From NCBI GenBank assembly GCA_033442325.1, contig JAWQFM010000013.1, forward strand, positions 506,929 to 570,928: a stretch of 64,000 nucleotides of DNA, written 5' to 3'. The notes beneath the pieces were generated by a model. It had not been told where the DNA came from, searched no databases, and saw nothing but the letters and a program-made list of their open reading frames with translations. Of this stretch, positions 26,390-45,600 are shown piece by piece; position 1 is the stretch's first letter; every line of letters starts with the position of its first letter. The position numbers were made by a program, and so were the translations under genes. This DNA is from Salpingoeca rosetta (lineage: Eukaryota > Protista > Choanoflagellata).

Positions 26390-26689
26390 ATGTGGATGTG
26401 CGTGTGTGGATGCATGTGATGGTGTACGAACGTGTACATGCATACATGGGTGCATGCTTTCGTTTACCTTTCTGCGTGTATGGGTGAGTGAGTGTACGTG
26501 TACATGTGGTCATGTGCACGTGTGTACGCTGACGTGCCAGCGTGTATGCGTGAGCTCTCATTTCCAGACGCATACGCACAATGGCGACTCACGGCGCAGC
26601 ATCATGTGCAGGTTATTGCTGCGTTGACGTTTCTGCTGGAGGCTGGCATCATCTATCAAACAGAGGCCGACACATTCGCAGCATCGTGA
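24100..26689 (+). CDS. Divergent RPA32/RPA2-family protein (OB fold + C-terminal winged helix)
   Basis: OB fold: LTPVVARLCHEA..LRLVGCV..DVADHTGVISCRSW..YVCIVGRI..VAPVTDFNQITYHLL (RPA32 OB-D pattern). C-terminus VIAALTFLLEAGIIYQTEADTF* resembles the RPA32 winged helix (AVDFLxxEGHIYST). Confidence 0.72.
24363..24661. other. ~300 bp high-complexity island inside a (TG)n tract of the RPA32-like intron 1 (unclassified insertion or ncRNA)
   Basis: Flanked on both sides by TG repeats; the host gene splices in frame without it. Confidence 0.45.
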
Positions 26690-27167
26690 CACGGTCGGTG
26701 CATGTATGGTTGCGTGCGTGTGTTTGTGTGCGTGTGACTGTGTGGCTGCATGGCTGTGTGGACGTTTATGTGTTGGTGTGTGTGTCGGCGTGTATGCGTG
26801 TGTGCGCGTGTGCGTTTGCAGTTTAACCAAGTGCGGCACGCTTGGCGTTGCTTCTCTTGATACTGTGGCTTGGTCGTAAACACAATTATGAACGCGCTTG
26901 CTCTCTGTCTCCCTCAACGTTGGGTGTGCCTTTGATGATGTTGTTTTGGTTTGTCATCAGTGCGAACAAACTGGCAAGCAAGACAGACCGAAGAAAAGGA
27001 ATGAGCGGCAACGAGCAAGAACAGGGTCGATCGAAATAAACGCGCGCGCTCAGACACGACAAAAGACGACGGCGAATTGTCACATCAAATGCAATGCACA
27101 CACACACACACACACACACACACGTACAGTCATGTCGTCACACACACACACGTACAGTCATGTCGTC

Positions 27168-27218
<51 letters not shown>

Positions 27219-27269
27219 ACTTGGGGTGTGAGAGGAAGGGGAGGAGGAGCGAGCGCAAAGCCGCGTTCG

Positions 27270-29146
<1,877 letters not shown>

Positions 29147-29844
29147 CTTGCTTCTTGGCTTGTGCGTTGCTGCGGTCAACGGCGAAAGTGTGAACATGAA
29201 TTCAGTCGCTGGCAGCAAACACAGAGCAAAGACAGCAAAGACGAGGCACTCCTTCCGGCTCGAGAATGCTCGTGCCTTCCCTCGCTCATGCTGCTTCGCT
29301 GCTTCGGCAGCCATGCTTCCCCCCCCCCCCAACCCCTGACCCACACTGGTGACACTGTATTTGCATTCGCTTGCGAGAACAACTAGGTGAGCGTTTACAG
29401 CACTGGAACGTTCCACGGCACAGATTGTAGATGTCACACAGTCAGAAAGTAACCGTAAGAACAGTACTAACAGTAGGCGCCGGGGGACGAGAATAATGTA
29501 GTGGTCGGCTCCCTTCAAGTACACAGAAGCGAAGGAAAGGAAAGGGGCAGAGGGACAATGGGATGCAAGCCCACTGTTGAAACAGTGGCTGTATGCAGAT
29601 GCTTATATGTCAATGGGCGGCAGGGCGGAGGGAGTGCACTGTGAGCAAGAAGACTAACTGCTTGCTTGCAAGCAAGACGTAATGCTAATTAGTTGAAGCT
29701 ACAACGCTACTAGATAGTCACTTGAGACGGTTTCGGCAATAACTGAAGAAAATGTGGGAATAGGGAACGCACACCCGGGCGTAAGCGGCGCGAAGAGATG
29801 ACAGTGAAACAACATGTCGAAACGGCGGCGTGTCAATACGTTTC

Positions 29845-34505
<4,661 letters not shown>

Positions 34506-35592
34506 CTTGGCTTGGCTTGTCTTCTCTTGGTGTGCGTGGTGGTTGCCAACAAGCGAACAAGGTAGATCGAGAGGCAGCGATGCAGCGAGGCAGCGATGCA
34601 GCGATGCAGCGAGTGAGGTAGCGAGGGTAGGTTGAGAGAAGTAGTGAGGCAAGGCAGAAGGCAAGCAAGCGCCAGCATCAGGGCTTGCGGCGGATGGCTG
34701 CCGTGCTTGCTTGCTGGGGCTGGCTGATTTGTGTGGCAGTCAGCTTCGTGTTTGTTGTTTGTGTGGGGATGATTGATCGCGCAATGTATCAGAACGAAAC
34801 GAAAACTATTGGAGGACACCGTCAATATTCGCAAGACAAAGAGGCACAAGCCAGCCGTCACACACGAAGGACAGCAACTCGAGCCACACCTCGCTCCTTG
34901 CCTGAGACTCTTCACTTGCCTGTTTGCCCGTTTGAGGTGTTTGGTGTGGTTTTGTTTTCTCTCATCCCAGCCACGTGCAAAGGAGAGAAAGGAAAGGGAG
35001 CAAGCGAGAACAAGACGGAAGAAAGGAAGAAAGGAAGAAGAATAAGAAGAACAAGAACAACATGAACAAGAAGAACAAGAACAAGAACAAGAACAAGAAC
35101 AAGAACAAGAAGAACAAGAAGAAGAACAAGAAGGGGAAGAACACAAAGGGCAACGACGAGGGCACAGTGCTCGCAGCTTCGCAGCACCTGAGGAGTGCCA
35201 GTGCACAGGCGCCACGAAAAACTAACAGGGCAAGGAACGCGGGCGGGAGAGATGGGGAGGCAACAATGAACGGGAAACGGGAATGAGGTTCTAACGACGC
35301 GTGACGCTTGGGCAACTACATAGTTGACTGTCACATCACATTACATGACAAACTGACAGACAAAGAAGGCAGACACAAACCCGAAACACCGCAAGCGAGC
35401 AAGTAAGCTACGCGCGAAAAAAACAAAACAAAAAAACCAAGCTACGCATGACTACACAATTACCACGCTGCCTCCTTCTTGAACCACTCACTCACTCACG
35501 GAAAAGAAGAAAATGGAACCGGTGCAAGTTATGACTGACGCACGCACACACACACGCCCACACCCACACCCACCCACCCACACCCACACCCA

Positions 35593-35647
<55 letters not shown>

Positions 35648-35709
35648 CTACGCTTGCCCACACAACGAAGACACAACCACCACCCACCACCAGCCAGCGA
35701 TGGTTGCCG

Positions 35710-38634
35710 TCACGCCATTTGCAGGCTGGTGATGGCTGCGTGGAGATCGGAAAAGGACGAGCGCTGTGTCGGGTCCGGCACCAAGCACATGCTGTACATG
35801 ATGGACCGAATCGCCGGTGGTCCCAGTGGCGGCTCCTCCAGCCGCAACGTGCCCTCCACCACCGCCTCACGCACATCCTCGTTGCTGGTGAGGTGGTCAT
35901 AGGGGCGGCTGCCACGTGAGAAGATCTCAAACAGCAGCACGCCAAAGCTCCACACGTCTGCAGCCGGCTGATAGGCGCCGTCGTCGCCACGAAGACACTC
36001 CGGTGCAGCCCACCGCACGGGCAGGCGCTCCGTATCGGGCAGGGGTCGCCCAGAGCCAGGCCACTGCGCCAACGCAAAGTCGGCAATCTTGGGCGTGTAT
36101 GCCTCTGCGAGCAGCACGTTGCGTGCAGCAAGGTCCAGGTGCACGACGGAACGGGCTGCGAGGTAGCGCATGCCAGATGCCACGCCCGCCGCAAACGCTT
36201 TCAGGCGCTTTGGCTGCACAGCGCCCGCAGAGCGCAGGCGAAGGTAGCTGTGCAGGTCGCCACGCTCACAGTAGGTCATCACCAGCTTGGGCAAGGGCGT
36301 GTCAAGGCACAAGCCGTGCATCTTGAGCACGTTGTCGTGGTCGAGCGTTGCCAGCACCATGGCCTCGTGCAGCAGGCTGTCATATCTGCTGCGGTGGCGA
36401 CACGCCTTGATGGCCACGCGCCCCTCCTGGTATTGGCCAACATGCACGCGTGCAGTTCGCCCTTTGCCTGTATCGCCCAGTATTTGGGGGTTGGGCAGAC
36501 ACAATTGAGGGGGTAGGGTAGGGTAGAGGTGTTGATGGCGGTTGTACGTGAGCACATGCACGAAGGTGGGGATGGAGGAAAAGGAGAGGGGTGAGGCGTA
36601 GGAATTGTGACTGGAAGTGGGGCGCAGGGAAACGCCGCATTGGGATACAGCAACGAATGACAGCGCACACACCGACGAGACACAAACAAGCAGACATAAA
36701 TCAATGAACAAGCAACAGGAACGAGCGAACAAGCACAACTGACCGAGCACGCGGCCAATGCGGACGTCGGAGGAGGAGAGGAGAAACGGGCGCAGGAGAT
36801 GCGTGCGCGCATCGTCACGGTACAAGGAATGCAATTCCGGTTCCGGGTTGAGGTTGATCAAGTCGCCATCACCACCGCCACCACCAAGGGAGGAGGACGC
36901 GGTGGCAGCGTCGGCGTTGAGGTGCGTGTGAGAGCTGGCCTTGGAGATGGACGCAGAAGACGGGATGCTGCACAGTGCGCCACACACGCACAAGCTGTCG
37001 AGGAGGGGCCTGTTGCAGCTGGGGCAGCGGCACACGCCCTTGTCGTCGCACGAGGCCAGGGGGCGCGGGCAGGGTGTCTGGGCAACAGCACGATCGTGCA
37101 GGTCCTGACATGAAGTGTGGATTGTGTGTGTGTTGGGGGGGGGGAGAGGGTGGAGAACGCGCGGGTGAGGAAGGCACGTAGATTGGTGGACATGTGTGAG
37201 GAGAGGAACGTAGTGGAGGAGTGGAGCAGGATAAACACTCGGCATTGCACGTGCACATGACACAGGTGCACGTGACAGGATCTCGCATACACACGCACAG
37301 TCTATGTGCGCGCAACTGCCACCCATACACACACACGCAAGTAGGCATATGTGTGCAACTTCATGTACGGGCCCATGCACAATTGTGGGTACCTTCATGA
37401 GCTCCTCAAAGTTTCCGTATGGGTCCTGGCGGCCAAAGCGGGCGAGGCGCAGGGCACCTGGCACGCCCTCTACCGCCGCGTGCTGGATCTCGCCCCTGGA
37501 CATGCTGCTGATGATGAGTTGGCCGACATTTGTTTCGCTCAAGCGGAGGAGGTAGGGTGCCGTGCCGCCACGCGAGCTGTTGATGAGACGCGCCTCCGTC
37601 TCCATGCTGGTCAGTCTGCACACGCACACGTTCGCGGACGTGGCCAAAAGGTGGGGGGGGGGAGTGAGGAAGTGTGTGTGTGTGTGTGTGTGTGCGTGAT
37701 GCCACGAGGGCAAAGGGCAATGTCACAAGATGGCATGTACACAGATACAGACACAGACACACGCACAGACACACAGACACACAGACACACACACAAATAC
37801 CAACAGTCCCAAACACACACACACACATACATACACATACACGCACACACGCGCGCGCAGCATAGACGCTATACGCACCTGCCGTGGAATGCACGGTGGT
37901 TGCGGAGATTGAAGACAAAGACGGTGAGATGCAACGCGCACGACGGACAGCAGCGCTTGCTGGTGACGGGGTGGCGTGGGGAACAGCGGCCACACACGAG
38001 CCCACCGCACGTCCGGCAGTGATGGCGTCGGATGGTGAAGGTGAACGTCGTGCCACACGCACGGCACTTTGGTGAGTCGTTGTTGGGCTGCCACAGCTGC
38101 TGGTCAACAAGAAACGGCGCGGGATCAAAGTTGCCCTTCTCATCAAACTGCATCGGTGGGAGGTCCGGTGTTGGCAGCTTCCACGGCAGAATCACAGACA
38201 TGCGGCTGTCGCTTGAGCTGCTCATGGGGCTGCCGGGGTCCTCCGGGTACCTGCTGTACGTGTCGAGCGCGTCTGTCAACTCGGGGGAGGACGCGACTGA
38301 GCTCAGCGCGGGCGTGACGTGGCGCTCCGGCGTTGTGAATCCTGTCGATGTGGCCGTGGCCGTGGTGGCGGGCATGTGCGATGGGTCAAAGTGGTCGTGG
38401 TGATCGTGGTGGGGATGGTGCTCGTCGTTGGCGGCGCCGTCGTAAACGTCATCAGCTTCACTGTTGCCACTGTTGCATTTGCTGCTGCTGCTGTTGTGGT
38501 TGTTGTTGTCGTCGTCAATGACTTGCACGCGATAATGTGCGGCGCTGCGGCGGGTGTGTGGAACATGAATTGTGTCGCTGCTCAGATCAAGCGGCCCAAC
38601 CAACTCGTGCTCCTGTTGTTGTTGCTGTTGTTGC

Positions 38635-38665
<31 letters not shown>

Positions 38666-39050
38666 GCTGTCGTTGCTGTTGTTGTTGTTGTTGTTGTGCC
38701 TCGGGATGGCTGAGTGGCTGCACAGGGGGAGGGCCGCCACTTGACAAGGTGCCATCTTCGTGCTGGTGTGTGTCCGGTGGTACCGCGTCGTCGGGAATCG
38801 TGCGCACACCTGTTGGCTGCACTAACCTCGCTCCTTCCTTCACACCTGCGCGCACGACAGTGTCCAGCAACGCAGCCACCACCCCAGCAACCTCCTCATC
38901 TTGGGTGGCGTTTGTGTTAGCGCTTGTGCTGGCGGTTGTACTGGCGTGCATTGCCGTGTGTTCTGTTAATGCGGCCGTCACCACATCATCTGTTGTGTTG
39001 GCCGCAACACTGGCTATCTGCTCCTGTTGAGCTCCTTCATAACTGCCGTT

Positions 39051-39118
<68 letters not shown>

Positions 39119-39503
39119 GCCATGCGCTGGTGGAGGTGCTTGCACTGGTTGTGTGTGCATGTGCCACCGTGGTGGTGGTGGCTGCTGTTGTTGCTGCTGT
39201 GATGCCGCTGTCAGCCGCCGTGGCTGCTGGGTCCTTGTCCTGTCCATCATCCCACGTGGTGTCCGCATCTGTTGGGTGTCCATGTCCGTTGCTGTTGTTG
39301 TGTGTGTCGGTGGCGTCGTGCTCGGTGTGGTGGGCGCTCGCGTGTGCTGCTGGCGGCATGTCGCTGCTGTGTGGTGCTGTTGGCGTTTTAGCGTCCTCAG
39401 TCACAGCAACGCCGCTGCCCGACGACGGGGATAATGACACCTGCTTGTCCTCTTCTCGCGCGGCAGGGTGTGCGTGGTTGTCGTCCATGCCGTTGGTGTG
39501 CAT
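35710..39503 (-). CDS. FYVE-SH2-tyrosine kinase (choanoflagellate FYTK-type); alternative in-frame ATG at 39641
   Basis: FYVE: WQPNND..CRAC..RRHHCRTCG..CGRCS..RCCPSC. SH2: FHGRLT..YLLRLSE..IQH. Kinase: GKGRTARV, VAIK, HLDLAARNVL, KIADFALA, LPVRWAAPE, DVWSFGVLLFE. Confidence 0.9.
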
Positions 39504-40669
39504 GGAGGGAGTGGGAACACCTGGCCTGCTCCTATCCTTGCAGCAGCTGTCGGAGTCAGTGCAGTTCTTCCTTCGCTCGTTTGCGGGTGTCCTGTTCAAA
39601 CCAAAGCAATTCCAGAGGGCAGGAGGAAAGTGGTGAGACATTGCTCAGCACCCGATTTCGGTGTGCAGAAAAAAAAAGAGGGGGGGGGGGTATTGGCGCT
39701 CGCTCGTCGAGAGACTGTGTGTGTCTTTGCTGGCGGGGCGGGGAGGTTCGCGCTCGCTTTGGGAAGAAGGAAAATACACAAATGGTCACCCACCAATGGG
39801 GCGATGGACCAGAAGCAACAGCGCACAAGTCCACAAACAAAGAGACTCGACGAGCATGGACGACAAAGGAGATTGGTCCAGTCCAGTGTATGTGATGGTG
39901 TGTCACAAACAACAAACAGCGCAGCGGCGGGTGCGGATTTTGGTGTGTGATGACGCATTGGTACCACAGCAAGCCGAGCAAGCCATGACTTGCTTTGAGT
40001 TTTTGCTGTTGGGTGTGCGTTTCACAAACCTCAAGTCAAGGTGGAGAAGATCAATGCTTTGTGAACACGCCGGGCGGCCGCTCACTTGCTCGCTCGCTTG
40101 CTTGCTTGCTTGTGTCCGATGCTCTCTCGACGAACTGGCTCAGCAGACTCCAGCTTTGCTTTGCTTGCTTGTTTGCACACCGCTCACACCCACGATGCAA
40201 GTCCAAGACACAAATCGACGAGCGTCGTTTCGTCGTGTGTGTGTGTGTGTGTGTGTGTGTGGGAAAGCGAGGGCTGCAGAAGAACTGACTGCTGCAAACA
40301 AACCAAACAAACTTTGCAAATTGCATTTGATTAAACCTGTCTGACTTGAATTATTCTCCATGCGTTGCAAAACAAAAGAGTGGCGAAGTGGTAGCGAAAC
40401 GGAGTGGTCCGGAATTTGTGCCAGCTGAAGGAGACACAGCAGAGATGCGCACAAACACACACCTGCCAACCAACCAAGTGAGCGAGAGTGCGCAAGAAGC
40501 GAGAGTCGGTGTGTTGAGAGAGTTGAAGGAGAGAGGTGCGACCAACGATAGGAGGAGACACCTACCTGACTTACAGAGCACGAACGAGAGCAAGAGCAAC
40601 AGCACAGGTCAATAAATACAGGAGAGATCCCAGGTACCAGATCAACTCTCGCACAGCACACACAGCGGC

Positions 40670-40886
40670 ATGCAGGCGATCGCTGCGCGAGTGACGCGAC
40701 GCGGCCACCGCCATCATCAGCAACACCAACACCAACAACAACACCAGCACGATGCCCTTCTTGCAAGCGCAAGTGGTGGCTTGATGAAGCGGCACAGCCA
40801 CAGTGCAAATGGCCACCCCATGTGTCAGGATGACATTGATGTCTGCCGCCACAACCTTCGCCAATGGATTCGAGGTGAGCTTGCTC

Positions 40887-40957
<71 letters not shown>

Positions 40958-41680
40958 TTTTGTGTGCGTGCGTCTGTGTGGTTGTGTGTGTGTGTGTGCG
41001 TGTGTGTGTGTGTGTGTGCAGAAGTTGCAACTCCAGGACTCCATCGGCCTCCGTCAATCATTTGGGTTGTCGCGCCTCACTGCCATGTTTCCCACCCTAT
41101 GCCACACACCTCCACGCATTTCTTAGATGAGTTTCACATGGAGCTGGAGCTTGGACCAGGCCTCGAAGAACTCCGTAAGAGCAATCATCTGTGTTGCTGT
41201 CGCGAGAGCGTGCTGATCTTGATGCCATTTGGGCTGCATCTGGCTGTGTGTGTGTGTGTGTGTGTGTGTGCTTGCGACACAAGGGTGCTCTTTGGTGCGA
41301 ACAATACTAGTACAGCGCGTGATAACACACACACACACACGCGCGCGCGCACGCGCACGCACGCACACTTTCACACGCACACGCACACGCACACTTTCAC
41401 ACGCACACACGCTCACTAACACTTTGTCCACGCGTTCGGTCCAATAGGCACGGGCGTGGTGCTGTGTAAGGTGGCTGGCATGATTGAGCTGGCCCAAACA
41501 AAGGCACTGCTGGCAGATGGAAAGCCGTGGAAGCCCATGCGCCTCAAGTTCAACGAGAAAGCCACCATAGGTGCCTTACCGACTGTCTCTTTTGCTGCTT
41601 GCTTTGTGCTGACTCCATGCTGTCATTGTCCACAACGGCACTCATGCAAAGGCGCGCGCCTAAATTCGACTCCAAATCCC

Positions 41681-41745
<65 letters not shown>

Positions 41746-42010
41746 CCTTTTGCGTGCCAGTTCAACCCTCTCACCTGCACACATACGTGCGGTTACATGT
41801 GTTCTTGCTTTCTTGCTCTTGCTCAATCCACGTGGACCTTCCGCTAGGGTCGTTCTTTGCCAAGGACAACGTCAACAGGTTTCTTGCGTGGTGCGCGCGC
41901 TACGTGGACAAGAGCTTGCTGTTCAAGCTGCATGATCTCAACGGCCACCCAGACAGAGACGGCGCTGTCCTCGGCTGGTGCGTTGTTGTGGGATTAAGGA
42001 TGCTTTGCGC

Positions 42011-42052
<42 letters not shown>

Positions 42053-42557
42053 GCGTGTGTGTGTGCGTGTGTGTGTGCGTGTGTGTGTATGTGTGTGTGT
42101 GTGTGTGTGTGGAGTGTGTTGCATGTTTGGGTGTGGGCTTCAGATTCAGAGGTGTGCGCTGTTTAGGGCGCTTTTGCGACGCTAGTGCATGTGTGAATGT
42201 GCTCGTTGCGTTCGTGTATGCGCGCGCGTGTGTGTGTGCACGCTTGAGGCTGTATCAATATCGAGGGTGCAGCCCATGCCACAGAGCACGATCTGAAGAG
42301 CTGAAGCTTCCCTCACATGTCCACGCTTGCACTGCGTCTGTCCACTCGCAGCTTGACGCGTCTGGCGCGGTCGCAGGTGGCCTCCACGACACCACTTGAT
42401 GCAGTGGAGCACAGCGTCCTTGCCGGCACTTACGAGCCAGGTGCCGTGATGAGTTGGCGAGAGGGCAATGCCAGCCGATTCATCGTCACCGCAGAAGCAC
42501 ACACACACACATGCCGACATGCTTACGTGCACATGCCTGCATGCATACGCGCACGCA

Positions 42558-42615
<58 letters not shown>

Positions 42616-45600
42616 TACATATACACACACACACACGTCCACATGCATGTTTCCTTTGCCAGATGTTGCTACGGTTACGGCTGCAGCAAATGCGGTGCTG
42701 TCGGACCACAACGGGACAGTTGGCGACCACCAAGGCAACGGCGCCTTTGTCATTACGAACGCGACAACGAGCGACCAACAATCGCTCGTCCTCGCCATGG
42801 TGGATCAGGTACGAACACATGTTGGTGCGTGTGTGTGTGCAGGGGTATTTGCTGATAGTGATGGGAATTGTCGTCCAGCGAACTCACAATCCATGCATGC
42901 ACACATTCAAACCCCGTCACACAAACAAACACATGTCCACATTCGCACAACATTTATTCAACCAACCCCCCACCCACCCCACCCACCCCACACACACACA
43001 CACACGCACCAGGCCGTGTTTGCGTGTCCACGTGAGGCGGCCACAGCGTCTCCGTTCGTGTGGTCGCCGCTGCAACGTTTTGTTGCATCAGACACAAGGC
43101 CCCGCGGCTCCGTGGCCAAAATCCTCGAGGTCTTCAGATCTCCACACAGAGCAGGTCAGGAGATGGCACGATACTATGCACACACATAGTGTCACGGTGT
43201 CTGTCAGTCTGTTTGTCTATCTGTCTGTGTGGTTGTCTGTCTGTCTGTCTGTGTGTTTGTCTGTCTGATTGTCTGATTGTTTGTCTGCTGTCTGTCTTTT
43301 TCTCTCTCTCGCGCGCTCTTCCCAACTCTCTACGCTCTTCCCGTCTTTTTCGTGCTCTTCCCGTCTCTCACACAAGCTGTACAACCTACGCAAGCCACAC
43401 CTCACACATTTCTGCGTCATTGCCTGCATGCATGCATGCATGTACAGGTCACCACCACCAGCACCAGCAGCAGGAGAAACCCGCACCGCCACCGCGTCAC
43501 ACAAAGCCAGAACTGAAGACAGTGCCCTCCCAGACGCTGGACGCCAAAGCACAGCGAGCAGATGCCCATGCTGATGGTAATGCGGACACGCAAACATCTG
43601 CTGCTGTCACAGCGGAACAAACATCCGGGGAGGAGGCACGCCACGTGGCTGCAGAGACCACAGCCGACACGAGCAACAACACCGTTGCTGTGAGCGAGCA
43701 GCCTCATCCCGCCGCTCATCACGCTCATCGCGACATTGCCTCCAATGGGTGTAACCCAACGTCAAGCACAATGGCTGATGCAACAGAACCGAGCGTGCTT
43801 TCGGCGTCATCCGCAGCGCCATCATTGTCGCCATTGATGAGCGGTGAAGCGGACACAAACTCCATCGACAGCGACGATTCTGAGGCATCACAGTCACTTC
43901 AATCGTCTGGTGGGTGCCGCTGTTCTTGTGTTTGTTGTCAACGATGGCATTCGTCACTTGGCAGCAGACATTGCGCGCGCGCACACACGCACACACACAC
44001 ACACACACACGCACACACACACGCACACGCACACACGAATGCAAACGAGCAAACTCGCGGGCAAGAGTGTGCATTCCTATTGTTCCTCCGTGTCAAACTG
44101 TACCCATAGCCCTGACCTCACAACCACACCCACAACCACAACCCACGCGCGCACACAACCATGCTGTGCAGATGCGAGCTGCCTTGCACGGGGACCACAA
44201 CGGCCGCTGCCGCTTCCAAAGCCGCGGCGGGCCAGTGCAGCAACAGACGGCGGCAATGGCAGTAGCTATGGCAGTGCAAGTCGTAAGACGAGCACGTGCT
44301 CCTACATGTCGTCCTCTGGTGCTGCCAGCAGTGGGGAGGCAACATCACCGACAGAGCCTGCAGGCATGTGGGCAGCGTTGAAGCCACAACTGCGTGCTGC
44401 AAGCAGTCGCGCATCGTGCTTTTCGTTTGCGGGATCCACCACAAATGCCACGCCCACGTGGTCAACGCGTACCTCGGCTGCCGACGTGCTTGCAGGCATG
44501 AAGAACTCCCTTCCGCTGCCACGCAAGCTTCGGCACCGCAGAGAATCGGAACAACAACAACAACAACAGCAGCAGCAACCACAGCAGCAGGAGCAACAGG
44601 AGCAGCAGGAAGCATGTCAGACTGCAGCAGAGGAAACACAACCCAGCACGGCGCCTTCCACGCCCACACTGCGTCCCCACAACGAGGCGGAGGGAGGTAA
44701 CATTGAGAAGGTCAGCAAGCAAAGCAGCGTGGAAACGATTCGACACGTTAGCTCCAGCGAAGCAGACACGACATCAACTGCAGCATCGAGTGGTCAGGGG
44801 AGCAGTGTGGACGCGCGTGTGTTCGCAACAAGCACCAGCAAGAGCACAGCAGAGGCTGGACGCAAGGCTGTTGGCGGCGCTGACAACACTGAAGCAGCAG
44901 CCGACACTGTGCTGCTGACGCAGGTTTGTTTGAGATGACCGTCGTGCAAGCCTTCTTTTGCTTGCAAGCACGTGACCTGCAGTGTGTGCGGCGTGCGGTT
45001 GTGTATGTGTATGTGTATGTATGTGTATGTGTGTGTATGTGTGTGCGTGTGGATAGTTGAGCAAAACACAACACAAAAACCAACACTCTGGGTCACGAGA
45101 AGCTCCACGGTGTGTGTGCGTGCGTGTGTGTATGTGTGTGTATGTGTGTGTATGTGTGTGTGTGTGTGTGTGTTCTGTTGCAGCTACGCAACCCCAACTA
45201 ACCGTTGCACCCATTCCCGCGACGCGTGTGCTTTAGGAGGAGCTTCAATCACGATTGGAGGAATATGCGGAGCAAAAACTGAAGCGCACGGAGCGCGACC
45301 ACCAGGAAGCCTTGACGCGCCTCGAATACGAGTGCGTTGCCTTGTGTTGTGTTGTGTTGTGTTGTGTTGTGTTGTGTTGTGTTGTGTTGTGTTGTGTTGT
45401 GTTGTATTGTGTTGTGTTGTCTGACTATTGGCGTCTTTGAGAGTGCTTGTGCCACACTGCATGTGTGGTTCTCCATGCTTTTCACTACCAAGCTGCTTTT
45501 GCCATGCCATGCTGCTATCACCTCGTCATTCACTTCAAGACTTGACTCATTATTTATCTCCTCTCCTCTCGCATTTGCGCCTGTACAGGCGAGATGACTT

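Noticed and set aside
29353-29806. CACTG...CAGTG ends suggesting an EnSpm/CACTA element
   Set aside because: Only 6 bp of terminal match and no target-site duplication.
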